This document shows, in pieces, positions 45,467-54,003 of a stretch of DNA of 64,000 nt. Source of the stretch: a bacterium (lineage in GTDB: Bacteria > Bacillota > Clostridia > Oscillospirales > CAG-382); the NCBI GenBank assembly GCA_963661975.1, contig CAVLDN010000001.1, positions 70,150 through 134,149 on the forward strand, read 5' to 3'. The stretch's first letter is position 1. Every line of letters begins with the position of its first letter. The notes under the pieces were generated by a model that saw nothing but the letters and a program-made list of their open reading frames with translations, was not told the DNA's origin and made no database searches. The translations under genes and the position numbers were made by a program.

Positions 45467-46998
45467 GCGCGTGCCTCCCTTCTTTTCGCACCGGACATAT
45501 AAAGCCCCAGCTCGTTTTCCGTAACCTCGCCCGTCTTGAATTCGCCGACGATCTCGCCCTCGTACATGACAAGTATCCTGTCGGCAACATTCATAACCTC
45601 ATCAAGTTCAAGGCTGACAAGCAGTACGCCGCTGCCCGAATCGCGGCATTCGACGATATGCCTGTGAACGTGTTCTATCGCGCCGACATCAAGCCCGCGC
45701 GTGGGCTGCACGGCTATAAGAAGCTTGGGGTCGCGATCAATTTCGCGCGCGACTATCGCCTTCTGCTGATTGCCGCCGGACATACTGCGCATTGAGGTTA
45801 TTGCACCCTGACCGGAGCGGATATCATATTCTTCGATAAGGCGTTCGGAATATTTTCTGACATTTTTCTTTTTTATAAATCCCAACGGATTGCAGAATTC
45901 CGGTTCATAATACCGCTGCAATACCATATTGTTTTCGAGTGAATAATCCAGCACAAGACCGTGCTTATGCCTGTCCTCCGGGATATGCCCGACACCGTTT
46001 TTGACACGACGGCGGATGGAGGAATGAGTGACATCCCTGCCGCAAAGGCTTATCCGACCTGCGGAGACCGGTTCAAGCCCGGTTATGCCGTACACAAGCT
46101 CGGTCTGACCGTTGCCGTCGATCCCGGCGATACAGACGATCTCGCCCGCGTGCACATCAAATGAAACACCGTTCACGGCGTTTTTCTTATGGCGCTTTGA
46201 TGCAACGGTAAGATCGCGCACCGAAAGAACCGTTTCGCCCGGAGCGGCGGGCGCCTTATCCACCGAGAAGTTTACATTTCTGCCGACCATCATTTCGGAA
46301 AGCTCGGAAATGTTCGTTTCGGAGGTGTTGACCGTGCCGATATACTTACCCTTGCGCAGCACGGAGCAGCGATCGGAAACCGCCATTATCTCGTTGAGCT
46401 TGTGAGTGATAAAGAGTATCGACTTTCCTTCCGCGGCAAGATTACGCATAATCTGCATAAGTTCTGCCGTTTCCTGCGGGGTGAGAACCGCTGTCGGTTC
46501 GTCAAATATAAGTATTTCGTTATTGCGGTAAAGCATTTTGAGGATTTCGGTACGCTGCTGCATACCGACGGTGATATCCTCTATTTTCGCATCCGGGTCG
46601 ATACTGAGGCCGTATTTATCCGAAAGCGCCATGACGCGCTCACGCGATTGCTTTTTCTCGATAAAGCCGAATTTGCAGGTCTCATCGCCCAAAATGATAT
46701 TTTCAAGAACCGTAAAGCACTCCACGAGTTTGAAGTGCTGATGTACCATGCCTATTCCCAATGCATTCGCATCGTTCGGGCTTGTGATCCGGACTTCCTT
46801 TCCGTCCTTTTTGATCACGCCCTCCTCGGGCTGATAAAGCCCGAAAAGCACGCTCATAAGCGTGGATTTTCCCGCGCCGTTTTCCCCCAAAAGAGCGTGA
46901 ATTTCTCCCTTTCTCAGACGCAGGGTTATATTGTCGTTGGCGATGATACCCGGGAACCGCTTTGTGATCCCGATCATCTCTATTGCATACTGTTCCAA
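45463..46998 (-). CDS. ABC transporter ATP-binding protein with two ATPase domains (nucleoside/sugar type)
   Basis: The track start (TTG at 47061) lies inside a terminator hairpin. TTG at 46998 gives MEQYAIEMIGITKRFPGIIAND..., the usual N-terminus for this family. Walker A GENGAGKST and signature MSGGNQQK. Confidence 0.9.
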   Translation of the reverse strand: MEQYAIEMIGITKRFPGIIANDNITLRLRKGEIHALLGENGAGKSTLMSVLFGLYQPEEGVIKKDGKEVRITSPNDANALGIGMVHQHFKLVECFTVLENIILGDETCKFGFIEKKQSRERVMALSDKYGLSIDPDAKIEDITVGMQQRTEILKMLYRNNEILIFDEPTAVLTPQETAELMQIMRNLAAEGKSILFITHKLNEIMAVSDRCSVLRKGKYIGTVNTSETNISELSEMMVGRNVNFSVDKAPAAPGETVLSVRDLTVASKRHKKNAVNGVSFDVHAGEIVCIAGIDGNGQTELVYGITGLEPVSAGRISLCGRDVTHSSIRRRVKNGVGHIPEDRHKHGLVLDYSLENNMVLQRYYEPEFCNPLGFIKKKNVRKYSERLIEEYDIRSGQGAITSMRSMSGGNQQKAIVAREIDRDPKLLIAVQPTRGLDVGAIEHVHRHIVECRDSGSGVLLVSLELDEVMNVADRILVMYEGEIVGEFKTGEVTENELGLYMSGAKRREARA

Positions 46999-47026
46999 AT
47001 AAGGTACACGCTCCTTACCGATATTT

Positions 47027-47059
47027 TTTTGAAAAAGGGGCAGGAGAATCTCCTGCCCC
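47027..47059 (-). terminator. intra-operon intrinsic terminator/attenuator between the SBP gene and the ATPase gene
   Basis: On the minus strand: GGGGCAGGAG att CTCCTGCCCC followed by TTTTT. Confidence 0.7.
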
Positions 47060-47081
47060 AAACGGACAACCTGTTTTCGGA

Positions 47082-48311
47082 TTATTTGATGCTGTCGAAG
47101 TATTTGACTTCAACTTCGGTAACATCGGGATGCTTTGTGATATCGTTGGAAACCTTGATATCGCCGTCGAGCATCTTCTTTACAAGTGCTTTGTAATCAT
47201 CCATGGTGAACTTGCCGTCCACGAACTGAGTTGTTTCGGGAATCTGGACATAGTTCTTGGTGACATCCTCGCTCACAAGGCCGAGAGTTTCGATCTTGCC
47301 GGAGTAATCTGCCCAGTTATTGTTGAGTATGACATCCTCGAGGGCATCATAGGTAGCGGGGTAAAGGCCCTTCATAGCGGAGGTGACGGTCATACCTGTG
47401 CCGTAAGCTTCGTCGATGATGCCCTTCTGGTCGACGTCAACGCCGATAACCTTGCCGTCTGCCTTCTTGGCAGCTTCGCAGGCAGAGGTGTAGATACCGC
47501 CGCCGCAGGCGAATACGATTTCGGTGCCGCCGCTATACCATGTATCCATGGCAGCGGTGATGTCGGGGTCGCCTTCGAACTTGCCGCCGTAAGCGTAGTT
47601 CATAGTAGTCTTGACATTGAGTTCCTTGGAAGCGGCGTCAACGCCCTGAACGAAGCCGTAGCCGTAACGGACAACGGCGGGAACTTCCATACCGCCGAGG
47701 AAGCCGAGCTTGGTGTAGCCGAGCTTAACGGCAGCGTAGCCTGCCATATAGCCGCAGAGCTCTTCCTGGTAGATGGCGCAGTAAACGTTTTCGGAATGAT
47801 AGTACTCCGTGACATCCCAGTTTTCGGGATTCCAGTCATACTCATCGCCGAGAGCAGCGGAAAGGATATCACCGACGGCAACATCAAGCGCGATGAACTT
47901 CACTTCGGGGTAATCCTCTGCGGTTTCGACGATGGTGCCCGCAAAAGCGTAACCCGGCATAACAAGAACGTTGTAGCCGTCGTCAACAGCCTTTTCAACA
48001 CTGGCAACACGGTCATTTGTGTTGTTTCCGGCCGGCTTGTAATAGCTGAACTGAATGTTGTTTTCTTCGCAGAAAGCCTTGCAGGCTTCATAGGTGGTCT
48101 GATTGAAGGATTTGTCGGTAATGTCGCCGTAGTCGGTGATCATTGCGACCTTGTATTCTTCATTCGTTCCATCGGGTTCCTGAGATTTCTCTCCGGATTC
48201 GGTTGCACTCTTTTCGGGTGCGGAGCTCACATCGCCGCCGTTGCACGCAACAAGGAAAAGCGTGGTGAACGCGAGGAGCATTGCAAGAGCAAGTGCCAAT
48301 AATCTTTTCAT
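47082..48311 (-). CDS. BMP family (PnrA/Med/TmpC-like) ABC substrate-binding lipoprotein
   Basis: Start at ATG 48311 (GGAGGAAC SD). Lipoprotein signal MKRLLALALAMLLAFTTLFLVAC. KVAMITDYGDITDKSFNQ. Confidence 0.9.
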   Translation of the reverse strand: MKRLLALALAMLLAFTTLFLVACNGGDVSSAPEKSATESGEKSQEPDGTNEEYKVAMITDYGDITDKSFNQTTYEACKAFCEENNIQFSYYKPAGNNTNDRVASVEKAVDDGYNVLVMPGYAFAGTIVETAEDYPEVKFIALDVAVGDILSAALGDEYDWNPENWDVTEYYHSENVYCAIYQEELCGYMAGYAAVKLGYTKLGFLGGMEVPAVVRYGYGFVQGVDAASKELNVKTTMNYAYGGKFEGDPDITAAMDTWYSGGTEIVFACGGGIYTSACEAAKKADGKVIGVDVDQKGIIDEAYGTGMTVTSAMKGLYPATYDALEDVILNNNWADYSGKIETLGLVSEDVTKNYVQIPETTQFVDGKFTMDDYKALVKKMLDGDIKVSNDITKHPDVTEVEVKYFDSIK

Positions 48312-48351
48312 GGGTTCCTCCAAAAAAAATAAAATTAGGTTTGCCGTGGGT

Positions 48352-48380
48352 ATTGTAGCATATCACATCACAAAAATCAA
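48352..48380 (-). promoter_or_regulatory. sigma-A type promoter in front of the BMP lipoprotein gene
   Basis: On the minus strand: TTGATT, 17-nt spacer, TACAAT. Confidence 0.5.
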
Positions 48381-48421
48381 GTACCTTTGCGCTTTTTGTG
48401 CAAAACGACTATATTTTGGCG

Positions 48422-48832
48422 TCAACGCATATATTCGCCCGAAAAGCCACCGGGAAGCAGCATATCGAGCGTGCGTTCCTCGTACCCCTGCGAATGCACA
48501 AGAAGTATTCTGAACCGCTTCGGATCGCAGAATTCCGCCATAACCTGGCGGCAAACTCCGCACGGCGGGAAAACGCCGGTGATGGCTCCATCCTTACCGC
48601 CCGCGACGGCGATAGCGGAAAACGAGGTTTTGCCGTCGCTCACGGCTTTGAAAAACGCAACTCGTTCGGCGCAGACGGTGGGCGAAAATGAGGCATTTTC
48701 GATATTGCAGCCTGTATAAACGCTCCCGTCGGAGCAGAGCAGCGCCGCGCCGACCTTATAACCCGAATAGGGCGCATACGCCGCGGCGGTCGCACGGACA
48801 GCTTCTTCGCAGAGCCTTTTGTCGTCCATCAT
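48422..48832 (-). CDS. cdd: cytidine deaminase
   Basis: 136 aa, zinc ligands CAERVA and PCGVCRQ. Confidence 0.93.
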   Translation of the reverse strand: MMDDKRLCEEAVRATAAAYAPYSGYKVGAALLCSDGSVYTGCNIENASFSPTVCAERVAFFKAVSDGKTSFSAIAVAGGKDGAITGVFPPCGVCRQVMAEFCDPKRFRILLVHSQGYEERTLDMLLPGGFSGEYMR

Positions 48833-49491
48833 ATATTCCCTCTTTGCTCTTTGGCGAGCTTCACTATACGGCTTGTACCCAGCCGAGAAGCGCCGAGCTT
48901 TATGAACGCTTCGGCATCCGCAAGCGCGGCTATACCGCCCGCCGCCTTGATTTTAAGCCCTTCCGGCACATTTTCGGCAAAAAGACGGATATCCTCCCGT
49001 GTCGCCCCGCCTTTTGAAAAGCCGGTGGAGGTCTTGATATAATCGGCGCCGCCACGGGCGACAACGGAGCACATCAGCTTCTTTTCGTCATCGGTAAGAA
49101 GGCAGGTTTCGATTATGACCTTGAGTATCTTCCCCTCGCATTCACGGCGGACAGCGGCTATCTCATCGCACACATAGTCGATATTCCCCGCGCGCAGCAT
49201 GCCTATGTTTATAACCATGTCTATTTCGGAAGCGCCGTTTGCGACCGCCTCACGCGCTTCAAAGCATTTCGCCGCGGTGGTCATATTTCCGTTGGGAAAG
49301 CCGATAACGGTACATATAGGTATCCTTCCCCCGGAATGTTCGGCGGCAAGCGCAACATAGCAGGGCGGGATACAGACGGAAGCCGTTCCGAATTCGATAC
49401 CCTCATCGCATATTCGGATGATATCATCGGGCGTTGCGGTCTGCGCAAGCAGAGTGTGATCGCATCTCGCGAGAATTTCATTGATCTCCAT
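48829..49491 (-). CDS. deoC: deoxyribose-phosphate aldolase
   Basis: 220 aa, ...DMVINIG...IKTSTGF... Confidence 0.93.
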   Translation of the reverse strand: MEINEILARCDHTLLAQTATPDDIIRICDEGIEFGTASVCIPPCYVALAAEHSGGRIPICTVIGFPNGNMTTAAKCFEAREAVANGASEIDMVINIGMLRAGNIDYVCDEIAAVRRECEGKILKVIIETCLLTDDEKKLMCSVVARGGADYIKTSTGFSKGGATREDIRLFAENVPEGLKIKAAGGIAALADAEAFIKLGASRLGTSRIVKLAKEQRGNI

Positions 49492-50071
49492 TTCTTTCCT
49501 CCTGTTTTCTTATTGCGCTGCGCCAGCATTTATGGCACATCGCGGTATAGCTGTCGTTGCCTCCGATAAGCACCTGCGCGCCCTTTGTGACGACTTCCCC
49601 GCGCGAATTAAGACGCGCATTCACCGTTGCCTTTGCGCCGCAGGCACATATAGTCTTTATTTCGGTAATGGAATCGGCAAGCTCGAAAAGACGCTTGCTC
49701 CCCGGGAATGTCATCGTGCGGAAATCGGCGCGCAGCCCGAAACAGAGCACGGGGATGTTCTTTTCATCCACGATCTCGCGCAGAGCATCCACCTGCGCGG
49801 GCGTGAGGAACTGACATTCGTCGCAGATTATCACATCCGTGCGCTCGCGCAGAGCAAGCTCGGATACGGGATCGGTATCGGTATATATCACCTGCGCCCG
49901 TGCCGAAAGCCCGATGCGCGAAGCGACGGTATCCGCACCGTCGCGGTTGTCCGTCGCGGGCTTGATAAGCCAGACGGTCATTCCGCGTTCCTCATAATTG
50001 AATTTTGTTATAAGCGCCTGTGCGGTTTTGGAACTCCCCATTGTTCCGTATTTGAAGTACAGTTTAGCCAA
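49478..50071 (-). CDS. tdk: thymidine kinase
   Basis: 197 aa, TTG start with GGGAGG SD. GTMGSSKT, DECQF, C-terminal zinc-ribbon cysteines. Confidence 0.93.
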   Translation of the reverse strand: MAKLYFKYGTMGSSKTAQALITKFNYEERGMTVWLIKPATDNRDGADTVASRIGLSARAQVIYTDTDPVSELALRERTDVIICDECQFLTPAQVDALREIVDEKNIPVLCFGLRADFRTMTFPGSKRLFELADSITEIKTICACGAKATVNARLNSRGEVVTKGAQVLIGGNDSYTAMCHKCWRSAIRKQEERNGDQ

Positions 50072-50101
50072 AGAATTCGCCTCCCGACATTTATCGATGT
50101 C

Positions 50102-50130
50102 ATTTTAACACATATTCGGCCGCGTTTCAA
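50102..50130 (-). promoter_or_regulatory. sigma-A type promoter of the tdk-deoC-cdd cluster
   Basis: On the minus strand: TTGAAA, 17-nt spacer, TGtTAAAAT. Confidence 0.55.
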
Positions 50131-50196
50131 GCGGTATGTTTCCCGTCGGCAAAGCCGACTTTGCCGAACAAAAAGCGAAAATGTGTTATTCCGGTA

Positions 50197-50225
50197 TTGA
50201 AACGCCGCAGAATGTGTTTTATAAT
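50197..50225 (+). promoter_or_regulatory. sigma-A type promoter of the amidase gene
   Basis: TTGAAA, 17-nt spacer, TATAAT. Confidence 0.55.
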
Positions 50226-50258
50226 ACAAGCATGAATCTTTACGGAACGGAAATAATC

Positions 50259-52295
50259 ATGAAAACTTGCAGACCGATCATCGCGTTGTTTCTATCATTC
50301 GCGGCATTGCTGACAGTCATTCTGCCGTCGACAGGACTTGCACTTACCGAAAACGAATCCGGGACACTTGTCCCCATATACCGCGGCGCGAAATACACCG
50401 TCGGGCTGTATAACGCAAAAATCATCGGCGGGGACGACGGCAAGCTCCTCACCGACCTTGCATTCCGGAAGATGGAAAAGGGCAAATCCAACAGCGAAGG
50501 ATGGCTCCGTATCAAAAGCGCAAACGGGAACGCCTTTGAGGTGACAGTGACCGCCGATCTCGGCGCGGTACGCGAAGGCATAAGAGTTATTTACACGCGC
50601 ATGATGAAGCACCGCGAGGACGGCTGCGACATGGCAAAATCGGTTTCATTCTATATTTCCGAGGACGGAAATAATTACAAATACATCGGAGACGGCAAAA
50701 CGCCCTCCGACACGACCGGGGATTACGCCGCTGCGCTTTACAAAGTGAACACCGCACCGGTGAAGGCAAGATATTACCGCGCGGTATTCCGCTGCAGCGG
50801 GAAATCGCTGTTCGTAAGCGAATTCGGCGTTGCCGCACGCGGCAGGACCGAACATTCGACACAGGGCGGAAGCTTTACGGATACGCAGGGTGTTGAATAT
50901 TCGCTTTCGGGAAACGAAGCGGCGGTCACGGGATTGCGCACACGGACGGCTATGACACGCGCGGCGCAGGATCTGAATGTCAACGGTACATATTATATCG
51001 GTAAAGGCACGGGGAACGAGGTCAAGCTCATAACCGATCTGATCGGCGAAAAGCAGATGAATTACTCCGGTGTGCCGAATACCGTCCGCAAGATAATGAT
51101 TCACAACACCGCAACAGTCGAATGGAGCACCGATGCGGAACTTTACAACGAACGCCTGCACAATATGCAGGAGGAAACAAGCTGGCATTATACAGTTGAC
51201 AGCGGACTGATATACCACTCGCTTGCAGATGACATTGTAGGCTGGCACGCGGGCGGTCCGATGAATTACACCACCATCGGCATAGAGATATGCACGAACG
51301 GAGCGCCGACGGCCGGAAACGGCAAAATTATCTTTTCCGGCACGGCATACGACCGTTGGGTCGAGGAAACATTCCGCCCGGCGATCAAAAATGCCGCCGT
51401 ACTCACGGCAGAGCTTCTGCTGAAATACGGTCTGGGGCTTGACGATGTTGTCCAGCACTACGACAGCTACGGCAAGGAATGCCCGCTTTGGATGCGCCGC
51501 AAGGGCAGCGGATTCACCTACAACGGCACGCTTTGGGTGGAATTCATGAGCTATGTGAAGGAATATTACGACAAGCTCGGCGCGGAATCGACCGGTTACG
51601 GAGTTTACGGAGAAATCATTCTCCCGGATTATATTACCGATCCGGACGGAAACATATACACTCTTACATCGATTGAAAATGCCGCATTCTCGGAAGCGGA
51701 GGGCATAGAAAGCGTTACCCTCTCACGCGGGATAACCGGCATTGCCCCGGATGCATTCGAGGAAAGCGGGATACAGAGAATAAACACCGCCGAAAATGAC
51801 AGGTTCCGTTTTGAAAACGGAGTGATATACGACACGAGCGGGAACGAGATCGCCGCAGTCACCGACACCCTCACGGGGGCGCCGCAGCCAAAGGAAGATT
51901 CGGCGCTGAGTATTATCACAAAAGGCAAAAGGCATTATGCATACCTTGCGCCCGGAACGACTCTTGAACGGTTTGAAAACGAGTACGGCGATGTTTCGCT
52001 CAAAGCACGCGCGGCGAACGGCGCGGCGCTCGGTGTGCGGAGCGAACTGACAACGGGTGCCTCGGTCGTATTCGGCGAATGCAGGATTTACGCCGTTATA
52101 CCGGGCGACGGCACAGGCGACGGGAAGATAGATGCCTCGGATTACCTTTTCGCAAAGCGGCTTTATCTCGGCACGATATACCTTTCGGAAAGCCGTCGGC
52201 TCGCGCTTTGCATAACGGGCGGCGAAAGCATAACGGCTGTCGATTACCTGCTGCTCAAACGCCATGTGCTCGGTACATACAACATTTACGCATAA
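50259..52295 (+). CDS. secreted multidomain N-acetylmuramoyl-L-alanine amidase (Amidase_2/PGRP type) with a discoidin-like N-terminal module, a BspA-like LRR and a C-terminal dockerin
   Basis: Start at ATG 50259 (signal peptide MKTCRPIIALFLSFAALLTVIL). Amidase core IMIHNTATVEW...SWHYTVD...GWHAGG...IGIEICTNG. Dockerin GDGTGDGKIDASDYLFAKRLYLG...AVDYLLLKRHVLG. Confidence 0.8.
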   Translation: MKTCRPIIALFLSFAALLTVILPSTGLALTENESGTLVPIYRGAKYTVGLYNAKIIGGDDGKLLTDLAFRKMEKGKSNSEGWLRIKSANGNAFEVTVTADLGAVREGIRVIYTRMMKHREDGCDMAKSVSFYISEDGNNYKYIGDGKTPSDTTGDYAAALYKVNTAPVKARYYRAVFRCSGKSLFVSEFGVAARGRTEHSTQGGSFTDTQGVEYSLSGNEAAVTGLRTRTAMTRAAQDLNVNGTYYIGKGTGNEVKLITDLIGEKQMNYSGVPNTVRKIMIHNTATVEWSTDAELYNERLHNMQEETSWHYTVDSGLIYHSLADDIVGWHAGGPMNYTTIGIEICTNGAPTAGNGKIIFSGTAYDRWVEETFRPAIKNAAVLTAELLLKYGLGLDDVVQHYDSYGKECPLWMRRKGSGFTYNGTLWVEFMSYVKEYYDKLGAESTGYGVYGEIILPDYITDPDGNIYTLTSIENAAFSEAEGIESVTLSRGITGIAPDAFEESGIQRINTAENDRFRFENGVIYDTSGNEIAAVTDTLTGAPQPKEDSALSIITKGKRHYAYLAPGTTLERFENEYGDVSLKARAANGAALGVRSELTTGASVVFGECRIYAVIPGDGTGDGKIDASDYLFAKRLYLGTIYLSESRRLALCITGGESITAVDYLLLKRHVLGTYNIYA

Positions 52296-52314
52296 TCAAA
52301 CGCATTACGGTATA

Positions 52315-52358
52315 AAAAGGCAGCGTTTCCGCCCGCGGGCGAAAACGCTGTTTCTCTT
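52315..52358. terminator. bidirectional terminator between convergent genes
   Basis: CAGCGTTT...AAACGCTG stem with a GC-rich inner palindrome, flanked by an A-run and a T-run. Confidence 0.8.
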
Positions 52359-52365
52359 TATTGTT

Positions 52366-53997
52366 TTATTTGCTGTCTTTAAGGGCGACGATGCTGTTGA
52401 AAACGCTTGTATCTACACTGTCGCGGCAGAAATAGCCCTTGCGCACGAACTGGAACTTTTCACCCGGCGCGGCATCGAGCAGTGAGCGTTCGATCTTCAC
52501 GCCGTGAAGGGCGATTTTGGAATCCGGATCGAGGTATTCGCCGTAATGCGCGGGTTCGACGGAATTCATGTCCGCCTCGGTAAAGAGCCTGCCGTACATC
52601 ATAACATCGGTTTCGGCACATTCGCTTGCGGAAAGCCAGTGGATTGTTCCCTTGACCTTTCTGCCGTCCGCGGGAATACCGTTGCCGGTTTCGAGGTCGG
52701 CTTCGCAAAGCACTTCGGTTATATTCCCGTCCGCATCGGTGAGTATATCGTTCACGCGGACAATGTATGCACCCATAAGGCGGACTTCTCCGCCCGGCTT
52801 CATGCGGAAGAATTTGGGCGGCGGGTCAAGCGCGATGTCCTCGCGTTCCACAAACAGTTCCCGCGTGAAGGGGAGCTTGCGCCTGCCGGCTTCCTCGCTG
52901 CCGGGATTGTTCGGGAGTTCAAAGTATTCGATTTTGCCCTCCGGATAGTTGGTCACGGTGACCTTTACCGGATCGAACACGGCAACACGGCGCATGGCAT
53001 GGCTGTTGAGATCCTCGCGCACGCAATGCTCGAGCAGTGCGATATCCACAAGAGAATTGTTCTTTGCAACGCCGACACGGTCGATAAAATCAAGCACGGC
53101 GGCGGCTGTATAGCCCCTGCGGCGCATACCGCAGAGCGTGGGCATACGCGGATCGTTCCAACCGTCCACCTGCCCGGATTCCACAAGCGAACGCAGGAAG
53201 CGCTTGCTCATGACGGTATTTGTGATATTCAGACGCGCAAACTCGATCTGGCGCGGCTTGGAGGGAACATCGACATGCTCTATAACCCAGTTGTAAAGCG
53301 GGCGATGGTCCTCGTATTCGAGCGAACACAACGAATGTGTGATTCCTTCGAGCGCATCCTGAATCGGGTGTGCAAAATCGTACATCGGGAAAATGCACCA
53401 CTTTTTGCCCTGGCGGTGGTGATCGATATATCTGATACGGTAAAGGACCGGATCGCGCATATTGAAGTTGCCGGAGGCAAGGTCGATCTTCGCACGGAGG
53501 GTGTACTTTCCTTCCGGAAATTCACCCGCACGCATACGGCGGAACAGATCGAGGTTTTCATCCACGGGGCGATCTCTCCACGGCGAAACGGCGGGGTGCG
53601 TAAGATCGCCGCGATATTCGGAAAACTGCTCGGGCGTGAGTTCGCAGACATAAGCATCGCCGCGCTTTATCAGCCCTTCTGCAAGTTCGTAGGTCTTTTC
53701 GAAATAATCCGAGCCGTAAAAGAATCTGTCGTCCCAATCAAAACCGAGCCAGTGGATATCCTCCTTGATGGCATCCACAAATTCGGTATCCTCCTTTGCG
53801 GGGTTAGTATCATCCATGCGCAGATTGCAAAGACCGCCGTAGCGGACTGCTGTCGAAAAATCGATAACAAGCGCCTTGCAGTGACCGATATGCAGATACC
53901 CGTTCGGCTCCGGCGGGAAACGGGTATGTATCTTCATTCCGGGATTCGCTGCGATATCGGCATCGATGGCATCGAAAATAAAATTGCCGTTTTCCAT
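52366..53997 (-). CDS. glnS: glutamine--tRNA ligase
   Basis: 543 aa, TRFPPEPNGYLHIGH, VMSKR. Confidence 0.95.
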   Translation of the reverse strand: MENGNFIFDAIDADIAANPGMKIHTRFPPEPNGYLHIGHCKALVIDFSTAVRYGGLCNLRMDDTNPAKEDTEFVDAIKEDIHWLGFDWDDRFFYGSDYFEKTYELAEGLIKRGDAYVCELTPEQFSEYRGDLTHPAVSPWRDRPVDENLDLFRRMRAGEFPEGKYTLRAKIDLASGNFNMRDPVLYRIRYIDHHRQGKKWCIFPMYDFAHPIQDALEGITHSLCSLEYEDHRPLYNWVIEHVDVPSKPRQIEFARLNITNTVMSKRFLRSLVESGQVDGWNDPRMPTLCGMRRRGYTAAAVLDFIDRVGVAKNNSLVDIALLEHCVREDLNSHAMRRVAVFDPVKVTVTNYPEGKIEYFELPNNPGSEEAGRRKLPFTRELFVEREDIALDPPPKFFRMKPGGEVRLMGAYIVRVNDILTDADGNITEVLCEADLETGNGIPADGRKVKGTIHWLSASECAETDVMMYGRLFTEADMNSVEPAHYGEYLDPDSKIALHGVKIERSLLDAAPGEKFQFVRKGYFCRDSVDTSVFNSIVALKDSK

Positions 53998-54003
53998 TAT
54001 AAT

